A DNA stretch of 63,369 bases, filler included, from Stramenopiles sp. TOSAG23-2 (GCA_900128395.1; 30 parts of 30 records of this genome joined end to end with filler, not necessarily neighbours in it); one strand, 5' to 3'; counted from the whole stretch's first letter, positions 1 to 10,540 are shown. Numbers and translations are program-made. The notes: generated by a model not told the origin, from the letters alone.

Positions 1-1059
1 AAATTGTGGCAATGATAAATGTTCCCTTGCAATTTTATCGAAATTAAAATCCATTATCTATATTATGTGTATTGTTGTTGTTGTTATTAGTGTGCATAAT
101 GTAAAAATACATTTTCATTGAGTGAATACATGCATGCATGTATGTATGTATGTATGCATGCATGTATATATGTATGTATGTATGTGTGTATGTATGTATG
201 TTTGTTTGTTTGTTAGAAATTTGAATTATTTTTTTTTTTTGCATCATTGGACAACAATTTAAATCGAATTATATATATATAGTGAACTTACGATTTTATC
301 GGCATATATATTACTTATCAATCTAGCAATTTTACGATCATTGGAAATTCCAGATGTTATACCACCGGGTAATGATTTAACAATATTATAAAATGGTGTA
401 TTTGTTGTAACTACTAAATCATGGTTATTTATATAGTCTTTTGATGCTTTTTCATAGTGGCGTTTTTCCTTGATTGCTTTTGATTGTGTAGGACTTATTT
501 GAAACATTTTAATTGCTTTATTTCTTTTCATTGTTGTTAGCATAGCCTTTTGTAATAAATTCCGTAATACTCTTGGAGTTTTCTTATTCGACGTAGTATT
601 ATTTGTTGTTTTGCTATCACTACTGCCTCTTGTGGTTGCATTTAATTCTAGTTCTTTTACTTGTATTCTTAAATTTTCATGACTACCTAATAAAGTTTGT
701 ATTTGTTGAATAATAGTATCTTCAATTTCTGCACTACGTGAATATTTTACATTTAATAATTCAGATAATTGTGTAATGAAATCATTTTGATTTTTTTCCA
801 ACATTTCAATTCTAGATGTTAAATTTTCATTTTCTTTTTCAACTAATGCAAATTGATTTGCTGTCTCTATTAATGAAGCATGTTCATCTTTCGTCAAGAT
901 AACTTTTCCAATAGCAGCTGCACCTTTAATATTTGATTTTAACAAATTAATACGATTACCAGTTACTTTTTTGGATGTACGTTGTAATTTACTTTTTGTT
1001 ACTTCCGCCTCACGTTTTGCAAGTTTTAACTGACGTTGTGATTCATCATATTTTGTTTG
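1..1059 (-). CDS. Coiled-coil protein, internal fragment, two exons (1059-292 and 57-1; intron 291-58)
   Basis: Frame is open from the contig edge ([17 protein letters not shown]...). GTAAGT donor at 291, CTAAT branch-like site and TAG acceptor ending at 58 give the in-frame join [25 protein letters not shown]. Confidence 0.6.
127..212. repeat. (TATG/CATG)n and (TTTG)n microsatellite inside the intron
   Basis: Directly visible tandem tetramers. Confidence 0.85.
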
Positions 1060-1159
1060 NNNNNNNNNNNNNNNNNNNNNNNNNNNNNNNNNNNNNNNNN
1101 NNNTTAATTAATTAANNNNNNNNNNNNNNNNNNNNNNNNNNNNNNNNNNNNNNNNNNNN
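1060..1159. other. Artificial contig spacer (N-run, TTAATTAATTAA, N-run); first of 29 such spacers, last at 59613-59712
   Basis: The same 100-nt cassette with stops in all six frames recurs between contigs that are sorted by decreasing length. Confidence 0.98.
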
Positions 1160-1278
1160 ACCATTGAAAAGACAAATAAGACAAACCATCGTCCTGGACT
1201 AGTACGTATTGTGATTGGTTTATTATTGTTATCATGTTGATTTACAAGATGTTGATATTCATCTGTTGATATTTTCAT
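1160..1278 (-). CDS. 5' fragment of a probable MFS transporter (FLVCR/SLC49-like N-terminus)
   Basis: MKISTDEYQHLVNQHDNNNKPITIRTSPGRWFVLFVFSM runs off the contig; RWFVLFVFS resembles the TM1 start of FLVCR-like transporters. Not in the ORF track. Confidence 0.5.
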
Positions 1279-1820
1279 TGTTTGTTTTTTTTTTTTTATT
1301 ACAATTCAATAATCTTTTTTGTCTAATAACATAAATGTATATGATAATTTTCAGAGCTGTACATACACCGTATATAACAATAATTTATTTAACAGGACCA
1401 ATATTTAACAGATTTGTTTTATAAATATAATTGTGTGTGTATCGATCAGACTCTTTTTCTTTTCTCTATAAGCAAGCTCTTCTGCATGCAGAGCTCTGTG
1501 TCCTAATAGGCCTAAGAAGATTGGCCTTGATTGGATTAATAGATGTATATACATATATGGACATATGGACACGACATTGTGTGTGTTACAAAACAAAAAG
1601 AACATCGTACAGATCGATCGTCACATTCTGTTTGATTGGATATAGTAAGATAGATAGATACAATTATATACATACATATAATATAATATCGTAGTAGATA
1701 TATTTATTATTATTTTTTTGTCTCGTCGTATACGTAATAATAATTTAAATTTTGTAGAGAAAAGTTAGGATTTCACTACATTTTGATTCATACATAATAT
1801 ATAAGAAAACACGAAAGACG

Positions 1821-2218
1821 ATGAAAGTAAGTTGTTGGATCTACTTATTTACAATTGTAATTTTGCAAATATTAAATATTGTATTTAATAATTATATCCA
1901 TACAAACCTTTATTTATTATCCAAAACTAAAACAACATCATTATTACGTAGCAAACGAGAAGTTTTTGATGTAAAGAATAATAATATTGATTGCAATCAA
2001 CAAAATAACAACAAAAATAACAACGATGAAAGACAGTTAAATAAAATTAATGATAACGCTGCTGTTACTAATACTAATAAGATTAGTACAAAGATCAAAT
2101 CTGAAATACCACATGCAATAATACCAAGAAATAAACCACCAACATTGTTTTCAAATACAATAAGTAAAATAACATCAGTTTTAAGTAATGCTGGGGGTAC
2201 AAGTCACTATATGACTCA
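1821..2218 (+). CDS. 5' fragment of a type II membrane or secreted protein
   Basis: ATG, N-terminal hydrophobic segment, Asn-rich stem; truncated by the spacer; second copy at 11087. Confidence 0.6.
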
Positions 2219-2813
2219 NNNNNNNNNNNNNNNNNNNNNNNNNNNNNNNNNNNNNNNNNNNNTTAATTAATTAANNNNNNNNNNNNNNNNNNNNNNNNNN
2301 NNNNNNNNNNNNNNNNNNTTTAAATTATTGATTATATATATACTTAAATACATGGATATAGATAATAAATAAACAAATATTTAATAAATATGTTATGATA
2401 CATTTGTAAAATAAAAAACGATGCGATTGACTTGTTTACATATATAGTAAACGATTAAAATGTCTCCGAGCACTTTCTAAACATATTATCTACGTCTTGA
2501 AAAAAAATATTTATAATCATTCACAACATGCTCTTCCAACCCTGAATACTCTTAGAAACATCTACATCTGGTGGTATAAAAAAATAATAAAAATATATAT
2601 TTGAATTATTAATGTCTTATATATGTCAATATTATGTTACGAAAATACTTTAATATAATATTATCATCGATTAAAACCCTTATAACCGATTAATTATCAT
2701 AAAATATATATTTTCATATTGTATATTAGAAATCATTACAACATTGTTGTCTATTATTAATAATAATAGTAAGAAGATCAACATGTACTTGATATGAAAA
2801 ACAAAATAATATA

Positions 2814-3286
2814 TAATCAACATCATAATGGATTATAATTGTATATATAATGTTACGATATGTTATTATTGTTGTATATACATCGATTAAAATGGTTGTA
2901 ACCGTTTAATTATGAACAAATATAGTTTTTTACAAAATAGTTCAACATGAGTAAAATCATCGTTGACACTACATACGTATAGAAAGGGAACATGACCATT
3001 TCCAACGATATAAAAAATAAAAAAATATTTATTATACATATAAATCGATTAATCAACATTATAATGGATTATAATTGTATATATGATGTTACGATATGTT
3101 TTTATTGTTATATATACATCGATTAAAACGGTTGTAACCGTTTAATTATGAAAAAAAATATTTTTTTACAAAATAGTTCAACATGAGTAAAATCATTGTC
3201 GTCAGTACATACGTATAGAAAGGGAACATGACCATTTCCAACGATATAAAAAATAAAAAAATATATATTATACATATAAATCGATT
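2814..3286. repeat. Tandem 236-bp duplication within a degenerate AT-rich satellite-like contig
   Basis: CATxATAATGG at 2821 and 3057; TCCAACGATA at 3001 and 3237 (period 236), with scattered substitutions. Confidence 0.9.
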
Positions 3287-3833
3287 CTAATATCAAATAT
3301 TATACAACGAATATCATTATTAATTATATATACGTCGATTAAAACCATAACAACGTGTTATTTTGTTAAAAATTATNNNNNNNNNNNNNNNNNNNNNNNN
3401 NNNNNNNNNNNNNNNNNNNNTTAATTAATTAANNNNNNNNNNNNNNNNNNNNNNNNNNNNNNNNNNNNNNNNNNNNTTTCATATACTCAGTAGATTTGTA
3501 GTGTTTGCTATATTTGATAGGTCATATTAGGTACTTTTTGTACTTGAGAGTAGTTCGTAAAATTTGCGTATATTAATGAATCGGTGTAGTGCTGTAGAGG
3601 AAGGTAATGTAAACAATAATAAAGAGTATGATGTAAAGAAACGAGAGTATTATGAAGATAATTAAACAAAGAAATTTAGATCAACGATGTTAAAAGACGC
3701 TGCAGTAAAAGTGCAATATAAACATTAGTAAATTGCTACTGTTACTCACTAAAAATACTTCAGCCCAGGATACTTTGGTATATCGTTCATAACGTTCATC
3801 ATCTCGTCTTCTTTCTTTCTCGTCATTAATAAA

Positions 3834-4223
3834 ATGAATAAGGATGATTCCTCAGCAGTAAGAAAAATCAATGCATTGAGTAGTAGTAATAATAATAATA
3901 ATAATGATAAAGAAACATTAGTATCCTCATTACATACACAGTCTAATCATATATCATCTGAAGTACGCCAGCGATTATTTAATCATTTTAAAAAACATTT
4001 ACATGTTTTAAAAAGTCAAAATAAATTAAATGGAAAACATGGTAATATTCATGATTTAAAACATGAGTTTATCAACACATATAATACCTTTTTAATAGAA
4101 GAATACGAACGAAAAAATCTTGTCCCACCAAAACAAATGCGACATCCACCAACACCAGATTGTGCACATATTCAAAACGTATTGTTTCATTTTAATTGTG
4201 ATATGGGAGAATCATATGGATAA
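3834..4223 (+). CDS. Hypothetical protein, 129 aa
   Basis: ATG-initiated ORF with an Asn run typical of this genome; no family recognised. Confidence 0.4.
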   Translation: MNKDDSSAVRKINALSSSNNNNNNDKETLVSSLHTQSNHISSEVRQRLFNHFKKHLHVLKSQNKLNGKHGNIHDLKHEFINTYNTFLIEEYERKNLVPPKQMRHPPTPDCAHIQNVLFHFNCDMGESYG

Positions 4224-4451
4224 TAACGAAAAGGTTGTGTTGATGATGTAAATTAATGTGTGAGAGGAGTTAATTTAATAAAATAATTTTTTAAATGTAA
4301 TATATGGGATAAAATATCATAACTAAAGATAATTACTTCTACTACACTGGAAATTAATAATTCACGTAATCAAACACACACCCGCGCATATACGTACACA
4401 CGAAAGTAAATTTTTACACACACTCTTTCTTTCTTCACAAAATTCGGCAAA

Positions 4452-4534
4452 TCAACTCTTTTTCCCTTTCGATACTAAATCTTTTCCAATTCTTAAAACA
4501 TGTTCAATCCATTTTGTTTGGTCATGTAATCCTA
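4452..4534 (-). CDS. 3' end of an unknown gene
   Basis: GLHDQTKWIEHVLRIGKDLVSKGKKS* open from the contig edge. Confidence 0.35.
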
Positions 4535-4636
4535 NNNNNNNNNNNNNNNNNNNNNNNNNNNNNNNNNNNNNNNNNNNNTTAATTAATTAANNNNNNNNNN
4601 NNNNNNNNNNNNNNNNNNNNNNNNNNNNNNNNNNTA

Positions 4637-4855
4637 CCATTATATTATGTTGTGTTTCATGATAAACGTAGATATGAAGATAATCATCACATTTATACAG
4701 CATTGTTTCTATATATAGTCGCTAAATTAGTTGAAGCAAAAGATAAACAGATATTTGCAAAAACAGGAGGTATAGTCTCTGGTCATACCCTCAAACACCT
4801 ATTTGCTGCTGGTGCATCAGGTTGGGCAATAATAATTTTGTTTGGTCGGATTTAA
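4637..4855 (+). CDS. 3' fragment of an alkaline (phyto)ceramidase-like CREST-family membrane hydrolase
   Basis: YIVAKLVEAKDKQIF...SGHTLKHLFAA matches the C-terminal HxxxH metal-binding motif of this family. Confidence 0.75.
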   Translation, partial: PLYYVVFHDKRRYEDNHHIYTALFLYIVAKLVEAKDKQIFAKTGGIVSGHTLKHLFAAGASGWAIIILFGRI

Positions 4856-5079
4856 AGAAGTGTGTGTGTACGTATTAATTTATGCTGCGCTAAAAATTTT
4901 AAAATGGAGGAATATTATCGATATTCCAGTACTCGTATGTGTATCATACGTACGAGTTAAATAATAATTAATGTTAATATAAATATTATCATACGAAACG
5001 TAAAAACTCTCTTATCGTCTCTTGTTCATATCTCTCGTATAGGGGAACAAAACAATTTTCGTTCTCGTGATTCTTATTA

Positions 5080-5692
5080 TTATCGAAACGAACGAACAGG
5101 TTTACTATTACTATGTCTAAAACTGGAACTCAAATTATTATGTCTATTTATATATGGTGATCTTGGACTAAAATGGCCACGTTTATTGATAGAGTTTTCC
5201 ATTTGTATACGTTTACCACGTTCTTTAAAATATTTTGCACGAGCTTTTGAGATACGATCAACCATATGATTATCGTCTGCTATTAGAGATCCAACTACAT
5301 TTTGTAATTTGTTTGATGGATTTTCTATTAAATCTAAATTCAAATGTAAATTTGATTTATTATTTTCAACATTTTCATTATTATCATGAATATTATTAGT
5401 ACCATCAGTATTATATCTAAAATGTTGTTGTTTCGGTGTAAACATTTCTTTCGGTTTATTCCATGACAATTCATTTTTTACAAATGTATTTTCACGATGA
5501 ATTATATCTCTTCTTGTAAAACTATTTAAATTAACTGATTTATCTCCATGATTATTATTGGTGTTATAATTCATATTATTGCTATTACTTATAGTTTCAC
5601 GATTATTATTTATGTTGTTAATACTTCTAATACTATCATTATTAGTATTATTAATATTTCTTCTAATTGATAATGGCAAACGATCATCAACA
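5080..5692 (-). CDS. 3' fragment of an Asn-rich hypothetical protein
   Basis: About 200 open codons to the contig edge. Confidence 0.55.
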
Positions 5693-5792
5693 NNNNNNNN
5701 NNNNNNNNNNNNNNNNNNNNNNNNNNNNNNNNNNNNTTAATTAATTAANNNNNNNNNNNNNNNNNNNNNNNNNNNNNNNNNNNNNNNNNNNN

Positions 5793-5938
5793 AAATATTT
5801 CATCATTTTTTCTATATTTTCGGATATTTGCTATTTTTTACAAAAATTATATGAAAAATAAAATTGGCATTTTAGAAAACGATATATACATAAATATTTC
5901 CCATAGTGAATAGTGTTATTTGTTAAGTGTACAGTTTT
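5793..5938. mobile_element. Partial copy (interior plus right arm) of a dispersed foldback/MITE-like element
   Basis: Near-identical to 36598-36813, ending CCCATAGTGAATAGTGTTATTTGTTAAGTGTACAGTTTT. Confidence 0.75.
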
Positions 5939-6166
5939 CTCAGGGTTGTTCTCAAAAAAAAAAGCAGGTCCTTCCATAGCACCATATGAAGGAACACAAT
6001 GCCCATTTTTGTATTCGGTTCCTTGTCCACAACATTCACCCTGTTTACAAGTGCCTGGACTTGGCGATGGACCAGGTGCAGACGATGGTGGAAAGCCATT
6101 ACAAGCATTTTCTACTGTAATGTTAGCAGGGCATCCAAATTGCGCAAGTGCACCACTACAATATAT
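5939..6166 (-). pseudogene. Orphan fragment of a Cys-rich secreted-type protein abutting the element
   Basis: IYCSGALAQFGCPANITVENACNGFPPSSAPGPSPSPGTCKQGECCGQGTEYKNGHCVPSYGAMEG; in-frame TAA immediately upstream so no initiating ATG; frame runs into the element. Confidence 0.5.
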
Positions 6167-6952
6167 TTAATCTTTAATCTCTCGTAAAAATATTATCTTC
6201 AATACTCGATCCAAAAAAAAAAAAAAGTGGGGAATGAACAGTTTCTATTGGTTAATTAGATCAAGATCGTTATCAAAAAATTGAATTAATATATATCTAT
6301 CAATCTAATGTTCTAGAGATATTTGTTTTATACGTACAATTATCGTTAATATACAACATGTGAAATCCATTTGTATCAATATATATATATATACATCACA
6401 TGTTGAGATATATATATATACATCATGTATTTATATTGAGATGTGTCAGTTTGTTGTTACTTGTTTATTTTAGTATAGTTCTCGGCGGATTTCGGATTTC
6501 CACTATCAAATGACACTAATCTATACTTGAAATAGGGAAATTAGAATATCAGAAAAATAAATACTCCCGAATCCCGAATTCATAGAAATAGTACCTATGT
6601 GGCAAAATGACAAATGTACAAATATGTTACTTCCTTGTATTAGGATACTTATAAAAATGCTAAAAAAAATAATTAACGGACCACCTGGTTGACAGTGGTG
6701 TGCCCATGCTAGCGTGTTGCGAAGAATTGCGAATTTTGCGATTTGCTTTTTGGCTTTAGCTATATATCTAATATAGGACAAATATTACATATCGATATAT
6801 ATAATATTGATGTAGGATGTGTGTGTGTGTGTAAGTAGACAGGATAAAGCNNNNNNNNNNNNNNNNNNNNNNNNNNNNNNNNNNNNNNNNNNNNTTAATT
6901 AATTAANNNNNNNNNNNNNNNNNNNNNNNNNNNNNNNNNNNNNNNNNNNNGT

Positions 6953-7246
6953 GACATTAAAACCTTATTTCGTCTTTGGAATGAGTATAATGTAGGTATT
7001 AATGGAAATAAACCAGCAAAAAGCTTTACTCAGACAGAAAGAGGAAACGTCCGTTGTAGGTATTGTAGACGGAAGAAATTCTGGTCTATGGTGGAGAAAT
7101 TGATGAGAACCGGATTAACTTCGCATGTAGCAATAACTCGCATGGAGGTGGTGTATGCTCGTAACAATGCAACTATGTACCAGACATTAATGCGGATTGC
7201 AAAAGATAAAAATCTCATGTTATATAATCAAGCAACATTTCGTTGA
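6953..7246 (+). mobile_element. 3' end of an ORF with a GCR1_C-like domain, as in Crypton tyrosine-recombinase transposon proteins
   Basis: DIKTLFRLWNEYNVGINGNKPAKSFTQTERGNVRCRYCRRKKFWSMVEKLMRTGLTSHVAITRMEVVY...*; pattern LWxEYxxGxxGxKPAKxFTxxERG...YxRRKxxW. Missed by the ORF track. Confidence 0.72.
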
Positions 7247-7753
7247 ATAAGTACATATTATTGTATACTACAATTTTTAAATATTCTATCAAAATAATAC
7301 ATACATCTACATTTTGTCCTTGGTCATTTTATTCAAATTTGTATTTTTTATTCAATATAATCATACACGGCAAATCTTTATGTACTATGTTTTCCAACAA
7401 ATCAATATTATTGATTTATTTTAATAAATATATATGTATTGAACATGTTATATTATGTAGTATTATTCGATTAATAAGTACACATTATTATATACTAAAA
7501 ATGTATAAATATGCTATCAAAATATTGTATATTGTATCAAATGTATAACTATATGTCTAAAATTTCTACACCCTGATAGATATATTTAGAATGAGGCAAA
7601 ACCAAAAAACCGCATCTCCAGAAAGTTTGTTTACTAGCTGAATTCAAATTTTCAATGTTCTAATGGAACAACAAATACAAAAATTAGACCAACGACTTTT
7701 GTATGTATGTTATTGTATACGACGAGAAGGTTTTAAGTTTTAAGTTTTAAGGG

Positions 7754-7795
7754 AGCATCTTCTTATTGTCGCCGAAGGCGACAATAAGAAGTGCT
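7754..7795. repeat. Perfect 15-bp inverted repeat with GAA loop
   Basis: CTTCTTATTGTCGCC-GAA-GGCGACAATAAGAAG (7759-7791), extended by AGCA/TGCT across one bulge. Confidence 0.95.
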
Positions 7796-8108
7796 GTATA
7801 CCTGCTAAATGCTATTCGCCTGCTACTCATAATTGTTGCGGTGGTTGTTGCGTTTGTCTAGTATATTTGTATAATATTCGTCGGTCTTTTAACATACACA
7901 CAAGGTAATAAACCAAGGACAGATTTTAGAAAGCCAGAAAGGCATCAAAAAATAAAAAGATATTTTGTTCTATTTGTGCATTTTCAGCAATAATTTTTTT
8001 TTTACTTNNNNNNNNNNNNNNNNNNNNNNNNNNNNNNNNNNNNNNNNNNNNTTAATTAATTAANNNNNNNNNNNNNNNNNNNNNNNNNNNNNNNNNNNNN
8101 NNNNNNNC

Positions 8109-8639
8109 GTAGCTTGTGAGAAAGGGCACTTAGATGATGTTAAATTTTATTTGGAGGAAGATAGGAAAAAAAATAAAAATAATATTTTTTCATTTTTTTC
8201 AAGTATTTTTGGGACATCGAATGCATTGATAAATCAAAGAGGTGCGATAAGTAATGGTCATCCTGGTTATACATGTTTAATCATCGCTGCATTTGAAGAA
8301 ATGGGACATGTAGTAGAATATCTGTTAGAACAACCAGATATTGATATTATGGTAGTTGATGATGATGGATGGAATGCATTACATCATGCTGCATGGACGG
8401 GGAAATTGGATATAGAAGTTGTCACAAATTTAGTTAATCATCCAAATGCAAAAGCAAATGAATTTATCAATAAACAAGGTGAAGGTGGCCATACGCCATT
8501 GGATGTTGCATTTAGTTGGAACAAAAGCGATATGCGGGATGATATTATTCATTTAATTAAAGATAAAGGAGGTAAACGTGGATATGAATTGAAAAATTTC
8601 AATTCCTTCATTCCTCGACCAGTTGGTTACAATCAATAA
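8109..8639 (+). CDS. Ankyrin-repeat protein, 5'-truncated
   Basis: ACEKGHLDDVK, GYTCLIIAA, GWNALHHAA, GHTPLDVA; ends KGGK like 33354 and 48419. Confidence 0.85.
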   Translation, partial: VACEKGHLDDVKFYLEEDRKKNKNNIFSFFSSIFGTSNALINQRGAISNGHPGYTCLIIAAFEEMGHVVEYLLEQPDIDIMVVDDDGWNALHHAAWTGKLDIEVVTNLVNHPNAKANEFINKQGEGGHTPLDVAFSWNKSDMRDDIIHLIKDKGGKRGYELKNFNSFIPRPVGYNQ

Positions 8640-9264
8640 ACCAGCCGCGTGTGTCCTCTCTCAGTCTGACTGTATCTACTGACGAGTTTAAATTGATTCA
8701 TGATATTCTCCATGATGTATATATATATATATATTATATATGTTATATAACATACATATATAACAATAACATAGTAATGAGAAGAGAGATGGTGGTATAC
8801 ATGGATATGAAATGCATTCCCTTGTGGCTTTAGCAGGTTATTTAACAGCAGTGTGTGTGTTCTCCTCTCTTAGGTTCTCAGTCTGACTGATGTACTTACT
8901 GTGTATATGAGAGTTCACCCCGGCCGAGACATAAAAATTGATTTAGATTCGTCACACTCTCACATATTTTTCCAGTATTAGATTATATTAGAGGCCGTTT
9001 ATTGTATTATTGGTGATGATGTATAGAAGATATATATACACATACATACCAGGTAGTACATAGAAGAAGAAAAAAAAATATATAAAAGTTAAAGAAATAT
9101 ATTATAAATATTATTGATTCAACTTTATTATTATCATTATTATCTGGATGATTTCTTTGTTTCCNNNNNNNNNNNNNNNNNNNNNNNNNNNNNNNNNNNN
9201 NNNNNNNNTTAATTAATTAANNNNNNNNNNNNNNNNNNNNNNNNNNNNNNNNNNNNNNNNNNNN

Positions 9265-10250
9265 ACACTAAAATATTGAGCCCAAAATCCATGATCATAA
9301 ATTTTTTTGCCCCCACTGTTTGATTTATTGTTACAACGATTGTTATTTTTTGTATGAAATAAAAACATAGATTCCCTTTCATTTTGCACTCGATTATAAT
9401 TCACATCTTTTTTATTGTCCCATTTTCCATGAAAATATCGAGAAAATATAAGCAATGCTTCATCTTTACTGACTATGGTTGCATCTTGTGATAAAATTGC
9501 AACCCTTTTATGGCTTGTTTTTGATAACTGCACATTTAACAGTTCAATGTGTGTTTTTTTCATAATCTGATTGTCAAAAAGAACCCAATATAACTTCTTA
9601 TTTTTTTGATTATTATCATTGTCTTCATCCTCCTCCTCAGATTTATAGTCATCTTGTACATAAATTTTTTTCCGTCTTCCCGATGGAATTGCAAACATAC
9701 TATTACTTCTATTATTGTCATAATTTTCAAGATAATTGTTTATCGTAAAATCGTCATCACTATCGTCATCACTTAAATCAGAATTGTAAAAGTCATCGTA
9801 TCTAATTCTAGCCCCAATTGTAAATAATGGAGAATCCTGTTCTACTTGACGTTCCTCATCTGCTTCAGCATTATTAACTTGACTATTATTTTCACTTTGA
9901 ATGTTATTTACAAGAATAGCAGGTGGTGATGCTACGCTGAATATACTTGCAGAACTTTGCTGTGAATTACTCATAATTCCAAAAACAGGATTATTTATGG
10001 TTGAGGTTTGCTCCGATCCATTAATAGCTTCGTTGTCTGGATCATCATCATCTTCATCAATGTCGGTATTGTTGTTATATGCTAATGTAGTTGTTATTGT
10101 ACCAACCTCCTCCGAATCATCATTATTATTATTGTTATCATCAATTAATAAAAATTGTGCAGCTGCTGAAACATTGTCACCAGACAAACTTAACGCTGTT
10201 CGCAATTGCTGTTCTGTTGCTGATGGAAAAAACTCGCTCAATTGCTCCAT
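9265..10250 (-). CDS. CUE/UBA-domain protein with acidic region, possibly the N-terminus of an Ariadne-like RBR ligase; 3'-truncated
   Basis: MEQLSEFFPSATEQQLRTALSLSGDNVSAAAQFLL has the CUE FP...LL signature; later EALLIFSRYFHGKWD. Confidence 0.6.
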
Positions 10251-10421
10251 ATTCTATAATGTGTATGTATATTTTTATTCTTATAAATGATCGTAAATAT
10301 GAAGATATAGATGTGGAATGTNNNNNNNNNNNNNNNNNNNNNNNNNNNNNNNNNNNNNNNNNNNNTTAATTAATTAANNNNNNNNNNNNNNNNNNNNNNN
10401 NNNNNNNNNNNNNNNNNNNNN

Positions 10422-10540
10422 ACCATTGAAAAGACAAATAAGACAAACCATCGTCCTGGACTAGTACGTATTGTGATTGGTTTATTATTGTTATCATGTT
10501 GATTTACAAGATGTTGATATTCATCTGTTGATATTTTCAT
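10422..10540 (-). CDS. 5' fragment of the MFS transporter (second copy)
   Basis: Identical to 1160-1278. Confidence 0.5.

Noticed and set aside
1104-1115. Recurrent TTAATTAATTAA as a biological repeat or CRISPR-like array
   Set aside because: Always centred in N-runs of fixed total length; an artificial six-frame-stop linker. No CRISPR array or cas gene is visible.
7730-7752. (GTTTTAA)x3 as a telomeric repeat
   Set aside because: Only three copies, internal to a contig, with no GGG core in the unit.
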